A stretch of 64,000 nt of DNA from contig JAMDHS010000034.1 of assembly GCA_029717555.1 (NCBI GenBank), forward strand, positions 124,001 to 188,000, read 5' to 3'. The stretch comes from Peribolospora baueri (Eukaryota). The notes under the pieces were generated by a model. It was given only the letters and a program-made list of their open reading frames with translations. It ran no database searches and was not told the origin of the DNA. A program made the position numbers and the translations under genes. Below, piece after piece: positions 13,655-25,874 of this stretch. Position 1 is the stretch's first letter; each line of letters starts with the position of its first letter.

Positions 13655-13930
13655 TTTGTATGATGGGCTGGTGCCGGGTGAGCGGATGCGATGACTGCTA
13701 CGAGAATAGCTCAGACTCAGCGCTGAATTTTTAGCAGTTCATGGACCTCGCGTAGGCATCGGGAACGGAGTCGTCATATGGGGCTGACGCCGGGTGAACG
13801 CCCGCGAAGATTTCCACGAGAATAGCGCAACCTCAGCGCGGTCTCTAACAGGCCATGGGCCTCGTCTGAGCACCAGAGTCATATCGATGGCGCTGGCGCC
13901 GGGTGAAGGGTGAGCCACTGCGAGGATAGA
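13655..13930. repeat. Second degenerate tandem array, ~3 units of ~112 bp
   Basis: ATGG..CTG..GCCGGGTGA...GAG(A/G)ATAG recurs at ~13663, 13778 and 13887. The first two units also share CTCAGCGC...CATGG.CCTCG. Confidence 0.65.
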
Positions 13931-13973
13931 GATATCTGAGTGCGCCCGTTCCTCTGGCTCTGCTCAAGAAAGG

Positions 13974-13981
13974 TATATAAA
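13974..13981 (+). promoter_or_regulatory. Putative TATA box upstream of the FSH1-like gene
   Basis: TATATAAA ~400 bp upstream of the ATG at 14372, followed by a pyrimidine-rich leader. Confidence 0.4.
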
Positions 13982-14371
13982 GAGGAGGTCAAGCTATTCC
14001 CCAACCCTGGAACTACATCTCTCCCTGCCCAACTCTCCTACGCTTGACTGCATTCTGAGGTTGTCTTTGACAGACACATCTTTCATAGAAACCCTTCGAC
14101 GGTGAGCGGTTTGGTTGTCCTTGGTTTTGCCGTCCTCGCCTTCCTCTGATAAATCACTTCGTGTCACTGACGCTTCCTTTCCTGTACTATCTTCTAGAGA
14201 CATAAGAGACCCAGGCTTGGTCCCTGCTCTAAACTATTACTCAAGGTCATCTTTGAAAGAAACCTCCATCGCAGTGAGTTTTTTGTCAGCCTTGGTCTAG
14301 CTTTCCTCGCGTCACTCCAGTAAAACATTTCGACTCACTTACTTTCCTTTCTCACACTCCTCCTGAGAAAG

Positions 14372-15485
14372 ATGACTGTCATTCACCAAGGAACGGGCAA
14401 GATCCGCATCCTCTGCCTCCACGGTAAAGGTACCAACGCGGCGGTAAGGACATATTTATTGGCCCGAATATGCCTGTCGTCCATTGGGCTTTAGCTGACT
14501 TCCTTTTGATGTCCATTCACAGATCATGCGCAGTCAAACTAGTACGCTTGGCCGACGTTGCCTTTCCGTATTTGCACCTACTCGCTTCCTGCGGGGGCTG
14601 ACCCTCGGTCTGTCTTTACCCTTACTGTCATCTAGGACCTTTTGCCTCCCGGCTCTCATCCCTGTGCGAGTTCGTGTACGTGGACGCCCCGCTCCCCAGC
14701 GCACCGTACCCCGGCGCGGACCAGTTCTTCGATGGTCCGTTCTACTCCTGGTATGACGCTGCGAGCATGACCAGCCTCCGCAAGGCCGAGGAGCGTGTGC
14801 TCGAGATTGCTGAGCTTCTCGGGCCCTTCGACGGTGAGCACCGCAACGTGCTTGAGCAGTTTGGGGTGGGATGGTGGACGGCCACCCAGGCACCGGCGTG
14901 CTAAGCTGACATATGCGCCTTTTTTATTGCCGCGGCGGGTACTGCCGTCCTCCCTTCTTCATCTTCCCCCTACCCCCTCCACAAGGCATCATGGGCTTCT
15001 CGCAAGGATGCGCTCTTGCGTCCGTGATCGCTAAGAAGCACTGCAATCCTAAGAACCGCATCGGTGGGCGTCAACCGTTCAAATTCGCCATCTTCCTTTG
15101 CGGCGGCATTCCAATGGGCATGAATGCCAAGGAAATCACCTCCTGGGGTTCCGACTCGGACTCGGGCCGTACGTCGCCCAACTCGGACGTCGACTCGGAG
15201 TCCAGCGTCGCGCCGGCGCGGATCAGGCGCGGTCGCGCGAGGAGCGGAAGTGTTGCTGCGAAACTCGGCTGGAAGCAGCGGTCGGCGCTGATCGACATCC
15301 CGACGGTACACGTAGTGGGCAAGCATGACTCGATCATAGAGCGCAGCCTGGAGCTGTACCGGTCGTGCAACCCGGCGCAGGCTCAACTGTACGAGCACAG
15401 TGCTGGTCACTCGATCCCTAGGACGACGCTCACTACCAAGGCGATCGAGAAGATGATCCGCAAGACTATTGAGACGATGATCTGA
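14372..15485 (+). CDS. FSH1/DUF341 (LovG-like) serine hydrolase, multi-exon
   Basis: MTVIHQGTGKIRILCLHGKGTNAA N-terminal motif, EFVYVDAP, nucleophile GIMGFSQG (~14994), HVVGKHD acid and HSAGHSIP base; GT-AG introns join the ORF pieces. Confidence 0.9.
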
Positions 15486-15894
15486 GGTGATGATGATCCA
15501 CACCGAAAGGCTCCTTCTTGTATCTCGCATCTCTCTCTCTCTCTTCTCTCTCTCTTATCCTACGCTTCGTCCTTCAGAATAGCTGGCCATAATTTTTCGT
15601 GTCTCGGAGGAAGATCACGTCTACTCGCGCCGGTAGCTGTAGGATATGAACCCCCGAGGCACTACGCCACCACAGTTGCGCTTCTACTTCATTCCTTCCA
15701 CTGCGCCATTCCTTTCTATAGTTCTCCAAAGGCATTCATCTGTGGCTGGGAGCATAACAAGTAAGATTAACACATCCTAGCAATGTAACATTGTGCTGTG
15801 GACGAACTGCAGCGTGCGTCGGCATCGTCGAAAGGCCAGGTCTCGCACTCGCTTGGGGGCCCAACGAGGCGAGGGCGGCGAACTGGCTGCCATC

Positions 15895-16064
15895 GGAAAG
15901 GGCAAAACGGCGAAGAGAGCGAAGGATGGACTGAACATAAAAACACCAGCCAAGAAAAGGTGTAATTCGCGGCGAATTCTTGGATTACACCTTTCTTACA
16001 CCTTTCTTGGCTGGTGTTTTTACGTTCAGTCCATCCTCCGTTCTCTTCGCCGTTTTGTCCTTTC
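15895..16064. repeat. ~70 bp imperfect inverted repeat (hairpin)
   Basis: 15895-15965 GGAAAGGGCAAAACGGCGAAGAGAGCGAAGGATGGACTGAACATAAAAACACCAGCCAAGAAAAGGTGTAA is the reverse complement, with a few mismatches, of ~15996-16064. Confidence 0.85.
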
Positions 16065-16379
16065 GTCCACCTCTCCCGGCCGTTGCCATCCCTTCTGACA
16101 TCTTTGCCACCTTCACCTTGCTCTCATTCCCTTCATCCTCCTCTGCATAGTCCTCTTCGCCGTCTTCAGCCTCATCCTCCCATTCATCCACCTCCTCCCC
16201 CTCCTCCTCACCATCATCGAGCAATTCTTCAGCACGGCAGCCGCCTCCATCTCTGCCCAAAGTTGACGGACACGTTCGGCGGCGATCCTTAATTTGACTG
16301 TAAGACTCGGAGTCTGTGAGGTCTCCGTGTCTGGTGGGGCATTGCATGCTATTGGTCGACGAGTAGGTCCGAAAATCAG

Positions 16380-17460
16380 GCCGGCTTTAGGGAGGACATG
16401 GAGAACCTCCTGAGGCTGATACCAGTTGGACGTGTAGTCCTTCTTGGACAAGCGTAGCTTTAGCGCACCGCACAAACCGTTGCTCGTACGAGCTCTTCTC
16501 TTTGCTTGCAGAGCATGATGGCGCAGGATCTCTTGTGTACCTCTTGCTCCCTCCAACCAGAGCTCTTCCCAAAACAGGCGAAGACAAAAGCAATTGCGTC
16601 ATTTCTCCGCCATTTCCGTCATCGTGGCATCAATCCGGCTTACATGCACACCGACAAGGACCGGGCAGAGATCATCGCTTGCAGGGTTGTTTTTTTTTGC
16701 CGTGATGCCAACTTTTGTCCCTCTTTCTCTGCGAGAAGGAACTCCGTAGTCGTCACAGGTTGCGACCTCTTTTGTGTCCTTACAACACTTGATGATCTCT
16801 GGACAAGCCCAGGCAAGTGCATCGGCCCCTGCAACCTCTACATCAAGCAACTCGGCCTTTGGTGATGCCACCACCAGCTGTCGTGCTGCCTCCATTGATC
16901 CGCTCTTCAGGCCCTCAACTTGCCACTGCTTCCGTGACCTCACCATCCACCGAAAAGCACTTGGGCCTTTGAAGCTGTCGCCAACAAGTCCTTCCCTGCC
17001 TTCTCTCCTTCCTTCCGCAAGTGATCATATAGCTGGAGCGGCGTCAGGTCGAGATTGCTGAAAATGTACTCCTTTTCGGTAGTTCGGATGGTCCTGTCGT
17101 CATAGGTATGTTCATGGTGGCGATGTCGGATCTTCAGAATGCCAAACTGCTTCTCAATGTTGATGTTGATGTTAAGTTTGCCATGGCATCGGACAAAGGC
17201 TTGTCGTGTGTTCGTCACGCGTTTGAGCTCATCTTCCGGTAGAAGCCGCTTATGCTTGCCTTGATACTGGATAAGACTGATTCCAAGTACCAGACATGTC
17301 TAAAAACCGCATTGGTCGAGTCAGAAAACACTTACATCCACCTGAAGCCGGACTCCTTCCATAGACACGATGTAATGTGGTCCGCAATAACCTTATTCCT
17401 CTCGCTTGGAGGGACATGGGGAGCAAGGGCTAGCTCACTAGGAGAAAGCTGAATCTTGAC
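16380..17460. mobile_element. Degenerate DNA-transposon relic (possibly MULE-like), fragmented
   Basis: + strand fragment KTKAIASFLRHFRHRGINPAYMHTDKDRAEIIAC resembles the TDKD region of fungal MULE-type transposases; broken ORFs on both strands; lower GC than the cluster genes. Confidence 0.45.
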
Positions 17461-18015
17461 ATGGGATCCGGATTGGTCATTTTTGAAATGTCGAGTCTTG
17501 CGTACGAGGACCAGGAAGTCATGGAGCATGAAATGGCGAAGATGTCGGAAAGACGTCCCTTTATCCCAGTTTTCGTCAAAAAAACCTTCGAGATGACTAC
17601 TATGCGGAATGCAACAACCATCGGCAATTTTTTGTCCCTCAAGGACAAAGATCCGATACGGACCGACTTCAAGAAGTTTCTCGAGGAGCTTGTCAAGAAT
17701 CTCGGTGACCCCGACAGGGCTTCCAGCGCCATCCGCCAGCTGCAGACGCTCCGGCAGAAGGGTTCAGTGGCTTCCTACGCCACTCAGTTCCAACAGTTAA
17801 GCGCACACATCGACTGGAACGACAGTGTGTTGAGGTACCTGTTCTACAAGAACCTCAAGCCGGCGACGCAGGACTCCCTGGCTTTGTCGGCCGAGAAGCC
17901 GACGGACCTTAATAAACTGATTGACCTGGCCATCCGGCTCGACAACAGGAACTATGCCTTCGGCAGAACCTGTTGCCTTCCATGGTCTCAAAGACGAAGG
18001 ATGTGTAGGTATTGA
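17461..18015 (+). mobile_element. Ty3/Gypsy retrotransposon gag remnant (Retrotrans_gag-like), truncated
   Basis: FKKFLEELVKNLGDPDRASSAIRQLQTLRQKGSVASYATQFQQLSAHIDWNDSVLRYLFYKNLKPATQDSL...DLNKLIDLAIRLDNR matches the gag capsid pattern (LxQxGSVxxY..F; FYxGL); no pol follows. Confidence 0.8.
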
Positions 18016-18964
18016 AGTAATGCAGAAGGGAAAGGAGAGTGGTCGGAGGAACACAGGATGCCGCTCGGGAAAGCAACTCGTGGCATCACGTGCAACGTAA
18101 CCCTAACCAGTTTATCCACTTTCTGACGGGTGGGCTGCGTTTCGTAATCCACTCCACCCCTCCCTCCCTCCGTGCGCGCCGTTGCCAGGAGTCAACTCAT
18201 CTCGCCCACTGTCTGTCCAGCGCCTACACACATCCGCCTCTCTGAGCGGGCCGATTTCTGACACGTCTCCCTCTCTCTTGCCTCCTCGCCGCCGCCGCAG
18301 CGCGCGCCCTTCTTTGTGCGAGGCGGCGACCGGAGTGATCTCACTCGGGGTTACTTACTGCCAACGTGGTGCTCGCGTGCGCCCGCGTCGTCTCAAGTCT
18401 CTCTGCGATGGTGATTGCGTCTGCGAGGATGTCCTGCTCCGAAAGGGGAAGCCTACCTGGCGCACAGCACAGCACATCCAACACGGCCGTGCGCAACCGC
18501 TCGCCTGGTCTTAGCGAGCCAGCGGGAGCAAGGGAAAGAAAGGGACCGAGCATGTTCGGGGACAAGACAGGCCGACACCACAGTTGACACCGTTGACCAT
18601 CACCATGTATGCGCGACCACTCGGGCACCCTGCGATAGACAGCGCAGCCGCGGGCATCTCTGCTTCCTCACCTCACTCTGGCTCCTCTCCTCTAGCCCGC
18701 ATGTACACGCCGTCAGAAGGAGCGCTCCTGCGTAAAACAGACGGATCGCTTGACCACCTCGTCCTCAAAATAAGAGTGTCGTCCGAAGCCTCCTTGGCCC
18801 CTCCTCTGAATCCCTAATCCATCGCCCCTCTTTTCTTTCCCTGCTCTCGAAGACAGCCACCGGTCCTTTTACGAGCTCCTCTTATTCCTCGATCCGTCCC
18901 CTCGGTCAGCACGATCCAACAGACAGTTTAATTGGGCACGCCCTTCTTCCGTCTCTCTTCCGCC

Positions 18965-21900
18965 ATGACAGCTCAGAAGCGAGTCGTCGTCACGCTCTCC
19001 TCAGTGGGATTCGACTATGTTCCCCTCCTCACCGCACTCTTCGACTTGGTCGACCAGCTTCATGCGTCCAGCAGGCTTGGACGTCCGTCTGCTGGACCGG
19101 ACGTGGCCGCCTCGGGTTCCGCCAGCTTGGTCGGGCCTTTCCTCGAGACAGTGTTCCACAAACTTGTGCAGGACATAGAGTCCATCGAACACGACATCTC
19201 CCTCGGAAGCGCAGATCCGGCGCCCTGGTCGCCGCGAGGGCGGTACGGTGACCTTCTATCGCTCGCCAAGGAGGAGCGTTCCCGCGGGTTCACTAGCTCT
19301 GCCCTTTGCGGCGCCATCTTCTGCACAGCCCAAATGGCAAACTACCTCGCCTACGCTGCCGACTACCACCAGTATGTCGTCGTCGCACCCTCCTCCAACG
19401 ACTCTACCCTCAAGCCCGGCATCGTCGCCGGCTTTTGTGGCGGCATGCTGCCGGCGTACGCCATCGCCCAGTCGGAGGATGTGAACGAGCTATTCGAGAA
19501 CGGCGTTCGCATCGCCCGCATGGCCTTTTGGATGGGCCTCCAGAGCGATCGCACAGCTGCTCGGTTGAAGGCCACGGGCGTTTGGCGCGATTATTCCAAG
19601 GAGCCCGAGAGCTGGTGCTTAGCCCTCAACGGCTGGGACCTGGGTGAAGCCCAGTCATTCATCGACCGATTTAACGCAAAAGTGAGCGACCAATGGACGC
19701 AAACGCATTTTCTTTCCCCTTTGGGTACTCACGTGTCATCCACCTTTCTGCTCTTCTTCTTCTAGCGGTCTGATGCTTCTGCCAAGGTGTTCATCTCGGC
19801 CGTGTCGGGACCTCGTGTGATCTCCATCGTAGGCATCCCCAGCTCGCTCTCGGCCTTGCAGCTCGTATTTTCCCGGGATGCGGACGAGGCAATGCGAAAG
19901 GACCCGAAGAACAACGCTGTCAGGCGCACGTTCAGGGTGCCCATCTATACCCCTTATCACTCCGATGCTCTCCTCCGCCAAGGAGCAGACGATTTCCTCC
20001 GCTCGATCTCCACTCTGGGACTGGCCGGGCACCCCGGCGATGGCTCGGTACAAGTCGCAGATGACCCAGTGCTCCGAGCGATCGTGTACTCGACCATTGA
20101 CGGCAGAAGGATCGCACCTACGGACGACCCAAAGGCCCAGGTGCCGGCTCGTCTGACCCCGAAGGACGTCGCCGAAATGATCTGCTGCAACCCCTCCCGC
20201 TGGGACCTCGTCGTCGAGTCCATCGTCCGCGACGCTGCGCACGACCAAGCCGCGTCGACCGGACAACCTCCCACGCTAACGGTGCTCAATCTCGGTCCCG
20301 GTGGCCGTCTCGGCCAAACCGTGTGCAAGGCGCTAACCAAAGGCGGAGTCGCTTGCGAGCTCGTAGATCTCGAGGCCGCCACTTTGGCTTCCTGCCGCAG
20401 GAAGCTGGACTCGGCCTTCGACTCTGCCAGAGCGTCCACTGCTGCCGACGAGATCGCCATAGTCGCCCAGGCATGTCGGTTCCCTGGCGGTGCAGACACC
20501 CCCGAAGGCTTCTGGAATTGGATTTCTAGTACCCAGACGTTCTTTGAAAAAGTGAGTGTAATCGTCGACACGAAAACGTGAACGCGCCGTCGAGGTCGTC
20601 TCGCTGTCGTCCGTCGCGTTTGGCTGATATCACACCTGCTCTCGCTTATTCCTCGTCTCCTCCAGTTCCCGAAAGACCGCTTCGTCATCGACGATTACAC
20701 TCACGATGCACGGCCAGGTCAAGCGAACACCTTGGACGAGAGGTGCACGTATGGCAGTTTCATTCGTAACATTGACCGATTCGACCCTCGCTTCTTCGCG
20801 CTTAGCCCCCGCGAGGCCGAACAGACTGGTGCGTGATGCCTTGACGCTGCAGGGGGTTGGGTCGACATCTCGAAACCCATCTCATTTGGCTGTCTACCAT
20901 CCTGTCGGTCGTCCGCCTCTACTCAAATATGAATGTCCGTAGATCCTCAACACCGCTTGCTCACGATGGCCGCGTATGAGGCCATGGAAGCGGCCGGATA
21001 CATGCCCGACAAAACCAAGACGTTCATGCGCGATCGCATTGGCACGTACGTGGGTTCTGCACAGGACGACTATCGTGACAACGCCTCGAACGACCTCGGC
21101 GCCTTCATCATCACGGGCAACGCGCGCGCCTTCATGCCCGGACGCATCTCGTTCCTTAACAAGTGGATCGGTCCCTCGGCTTCAGTGGATACGGGCGAGA
21201 TGAGCTCTCTCACTGCCATCGAGACGGCCTGCGACGCCCTACAGGCGTTCAAGTGCGACACTGCTCTCGTTGGAGGCGTCGCGATCTACACTTCGCCGGC
21301 CATGTGGGTCGGCTTGGACAAGGCCGGCCTCCTAGCCCACTCCGGGCCTGCCCAGCCTGCACCCTTCGACGGCAAGGCTGCGGGCTACGTCCGCGGCGAA
21401 GGCATCGGCGTCTTGGTGCTCAAGCGTCTCTCTGACGCCCTCGCAGAGGGTGACAACATTCTCGCCATCATCCCTGCCATTGCTTCCAACTTTGCTGAAA
21501 CTCACTGGCGCTCCCCCTACGGCGAGTTGTCGGTCGAGCGCGACGCCCTGCAGGAGCGACAGACCGTTGCCAGGGAGCAGTTGCTTCGTCGGGTGTTGGC
21601 GGAGGCCAGGGTGCCGCCAGAGCAGGTCTCGTACGTCGAGTGCCACGCCAGCAACTCTGCGCAGGACGAGGCCACCGAGCTCGAGGCGGTGCGCAGGGTC
21701 TTCGACGAGGCGCGAAGCGAGGGATACATCTGGCTCGGCTCGGTCAAGGATCACCTTGGAAATGCGGAAGCGGTAAGCGTTCTTATTTGTCTATTGGCGC
21801 CCCATCGTCATTTCTCGCTTCTCACCCCGTTTCCATTCAACTCTTTCTGTAACTGCGGCGGGTCCTCAGGCCTCCGGAATGGCATCTATCTTTAAAGCGA

Positions 21901-24900
21901 TTCAGATGCTCAAGCATCGAAGCATCCCCCCAGAGGCCACACAGCGTTCCACGCCCAATGACGTCCTCGCAAAGTTCAAGAATGTCAAATTGAACGACAC
22001 TGGCAAACCCGTCCAATGGCCTGCCGAAGACGACAGGGCGACTTTAGTTATTAACAACTATAGCTTTGGCGTGAGTTCCGGCTCCTCCTTGTTCTCATAC
22101 CTTTACAGGCTCCTTGCAGGGCGACAGGAGTTGAAGAGATCGTGTTCGACCTTTCGATGCTTTTCACGTTCGATTTTTTCAGGGAGGCAACACGTCTATG
22201 CTCTTGAAGGCTTGGTCCCAGCCCGAAATCCCTGTCGTCGAGGATCCTCGCAAGCATCATGTGGTCATCGTCTCGGCCAAGACCAAGGGCTCCCTCCAGC
22301 GGCAGAAGGAACGGTGGATCGACTTCCTGACTAGGGAGATGACTGTGCCGGACGGACCGCCTTTCTCTTTGGCCGACGTCAGCTATACCACGACAGCACG
22401 ACGCAACACCACTTACCAGCACAGGGTCTCCTTCGTCACCGACTCCCTGTCCAAATGCATAGAGAGCCTCAAGTCAGCCAACGCCGTGCTGGCCCCTTCC
22501 GCTTCGAAGAAACCCAAGGTGGCGTTCTTCTTCTCGGGCCAAGGGAGCCAATATCCTGGCATGGCCCGCCTACTCGCCAGCGACTCTAGCGCTTTCCGCC
22601 AACTTCTCGAGACGTGCGATGGCATCGTCAAGTCTTTCGGCCGGCCCGGATTCTTGGACGCCATCCTTCCTGATGACCAGGGACAGGCTGCACCTCTTAC
22701 CGACGAAACGACCCAGACGGCCATCTTTTCGATCCAATATTCCCTCGCCAAAACGCTCGAGTCCTGGGGGGTCGTGCCAACGCTTGTCGCTGGGCATAGC
22801 CTCGGTGAATACGCCGCCATGGCCGTGTCTGGGGTGCTCAGTCTTCGCGACGCCTTGTTCCTCGTCTCCACCCGTGCGCATCTGCTCGTGACGCTTTGCA
22901 AGCCCGGCACGGCAGGCATGCTCGCCGTTGCCGCTGACTCGGCTTCTTGCAAGCGCTACATTCGGGACGCCGGCGTGGCGGTCGGCAGCGCATCGGAGCC
23001 GGGTTGTGAGATTGCGTGCGAGAACGCTCCGGAAAGCACGGTTGTTTCTGGTCCCAAGGAGGCCGTCACCAAGCTTGCCGCTCATATCAAGCAAGCTGGA
23101 AGCCATCGTTGCACCCTTCTCGAGGTTGCCTTTGCATTCCATTCGGCTTCAGTACAGCCCATCGTTGAACCTCTTCGTCAGGCGGCTCAAAAGGTCCAGT
23201 TCAACGCGCCCGGGGTGCCGATCCTGTCCAATGTCACGGGCGACTTCGTGACCAAAGCTGGCACGTTCGGGAGCGACTACCTTTGTCTGCATAGCCGCAA
23301 CACCGTCCGTTTCGCTCAAGGCCTGAGTTCGGTCTTCAATATGGCAAGAGAGGTGAAGAAGAACGGGATGACTACCGAGTTGAACATTGGACTTGAAATC
23401 GGCCCTCACCCGATCGTCCTGCCCATGGTCAAGGAAAGCGTCGGCAAGGCCGATCTGGGCGCGTCGAAGGGCCTGCTAGGGACTCTGTTGCCGACGCTGC
23501 GCAAACAGACGGACGACTGGGCGACCTTGTCGGGCACGTTGAGCTCGATATACCAGGCCGGGGTGCCGGTCGACTGGTTCGAATTCCAGCGTGGCTTCGG
23601 TCGCCGCCGACTCGTCACCCTGCCCAGCTATCCGTTCGAATCCGAGCGGTATTGGATGGACTTTCGGGATCGTGGGATGATCGACGTGGGCGCTGAAGTA
23701 CTCGTCGGGCAGGCCAACGGCGTCGACGAAGACGAGGAATCGGAGGTGGACGACGAGGAGGGTGAAGAGGATGAGTTGGAGGAGGACGAGCAAGATCCCT
23801 CGGTTCTCCCCCCGGCTGAACACACCTTCCTGCGCGCTTTGGACATGGAGTACGTGAATGACGGTGCGGGCGCAACGTGTCTCTTTGAAGTGGTCCCTGG
23901 GCCCGAGCTCGAAGTTTTGGTCCGAGGCCACAGGGTGGGCAACATGGCCCTCGTACCGGCGGCCTTGAGCGGCGAGCTTCTCTTCCAAGGCGCACACTAC
24001 ACGCTCAGGCACTGCGTCGACGAAGCGGCCGTTGCGGACTCGCCGCTGGAAATCAGCAACCTGCACATCACGGGCCCGCTCGTCTGGGGGGACAAGGAGG
24101 CGGGCGACGAGGCGCCGCGGGTGTTGGTTCGCTGTGTCGCCGACATCCAAGCTCGTGTGGTGTCATGCATGCTGTCGTCCGAGTCTGGCAAGCCTAGGGC
24201 CGACGGGACTCGGCCCACTTCTCTGCACGCGACTTGCAGCGTCGCTTTTGGCGATCTTTCTGTTTGGAAGCGCCAATGGGCGGCCGTGGAACCGCTGGTG
24301 CTACCGCAAGCGGCGCGACTGGAGTCTGACGGGGAGGACGTGGAGGTCTTGCGCACCGAGCTGGCCTACGAGCTTTTCTCCAAGGTGGTGTCCTACGACA
24401 CGGCTTACTGGGCCATGGACGACGTCCGGATGACGCCGACGTTTGGCCTTTGCACTGCCAGATTGGGAGGCAAGCACGGACACAACCCAGGAGGAGCGGT
24501 GGGAGGGCGGTACGTGTTCAACCCGCTCACGATGGACGGTACGAGTCAACTGCCGGGCCTGATGGCCAACGTGCTTACGCAAGACGCTGACGACGAGCAC
24601 GTCTACATATCCGAGTCGTGCGGCAACGCTCAATTCGGTCCGCGCGTGCTCGAAGCGGAACGGCGGGGAGAGGCGCTGAAAGTGTTGTCGACGCTGCGTG
24701 AAGCTCACACGGACACGGAAAAGTTTGTGATCGGCGACTGCTATATCCTGGGTCCGGATGACGACGACGAGGGGGGCAAGGCGGGGGGCGACAAGGTTGC
24801 GGGGCAGAGGATCGTAGGCACGGTCACGGGCTGCAAGTTTAAGCTCTTCCCGACACGAGGCCTTCACGCTGTGCTGAAGCAGACGCTCACTGCCCGGCGG

Positions 24901-24909
24901 ACGGCGTAG
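18965..24909 (+). CDS. Non-reducing PKS 'A': SAT-KS0(inactive)-AT-PT, with no ACP or TE
   Basis: SAT GFCGG (19430-19444) and PYH (19958). KS fold with DTGEMSS in place of DTACSSS (Glu 21197-21199), ECHASNS and HLGNAEA. AT FSGQGSQ, GHSLG (22792-22806) and AFHS (23134-23145). PT GHRV (His 23929) and MDGTSQ (Asp 24535). Stop TAG at 24907-24909 directly after the PT. Introns at ~19682-19765, 20552-20665, ~20830-20942, ~21773-21869 and ~22071-22182. Confidence 0.92.
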
Positions 24910-25874
24910 AGGCAGGGAGAGGAGGCCGGGCGGGGCGACGTAGATGTTTCCCATTTGCCTTTTTGGTTTCACTTTTCGATATATTTTGGCTCGTGATTGA
25001 ACACACGCTTCTCTTTCTGATACGATGCCCGGCGGTCGAATAATATACGGCTATGGTTCGCCATCCTTATTTCCTCGCTCGCAAGCAAGGCACGCAACGA
25101 GGCGTGGTCCCGCGTCGCCCTGGCGTCCGTCCCATCGAATGAGCAGCAGCGCACTTGAAAACGCGCGTGCTTGCGAGAACACCGTGTCTTTGCACATGTT
25201 CCTAACCTCTCAAATGGATCATCATCATCGCAGATCTGTATCGTCCGCACGCCATCGCCATCGCCATCGCCGTCGCCGTCGTCGTCGTACTCCGCTCGCT
25301 CTGCGTCGGCCCGTGCGTCTGAGCGCGTGTCTGTGCGCATCACTCCGCAGCATCTGGCCGCAGCACCCCACGTGAGTTACTCTGGCCCGCTTCGTTCCGC
25401 TGCTGGGCGTGGTTTGGTCGTTCTTTACGCTGTGCCGTCTGGTAGTGAGTGAGCACCGCCATGGAACAGGACATGACGTGGTAAAGCTGCTCAGCGCTCA
25501 TCAAACACGCCCAGCAACGCCCGGTGGAGACGGCTGGCTGACCGCCCCTCGGTAGACGTGACCAGCGAGCGCCCCGCTGCCCAGCGGACCCTGACCCTGG
25601 CCAATCGACGACCCTTGTCTCCTGCGACTTTACATCAACCCCGTCGTCCTGCGTCCGGTCGGGGACGGAGCGACGGCGCACACGTTCGGCGGAGATGGAT
25701 CGGACTGACGTGGCCATCTCACGCAGCTCTCTACTCGGCACCCACCGGACAAAAGGGTTAAATACGCCACTTTTCGATGCCCTGTTCACCGTCTTGTCTC
25801 CCCATCCCTCATCTCTCTCACACACAAGCCTTCATCTTCATACCTCGCAGCGTCTCCACCCACTCCCAATCAAC

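Noticed and set aside
18965..24909. PKS-A (or PKS-B) as a decaying pseudogene
   Set aside because: No frameshifts or stops were found outside GT-AG introns, and losses are confined to catalytic motifs that are intact in the partner.
24910..25870. Missing ACP/TE exons of PKS-A downstream of the PT
   Set aside because: No GxDSL or GxSxG motif seen in the frames examined; the ORF ends with a clean stop right after the PT end, and the region reads as terminator/promoter with microsatellites.
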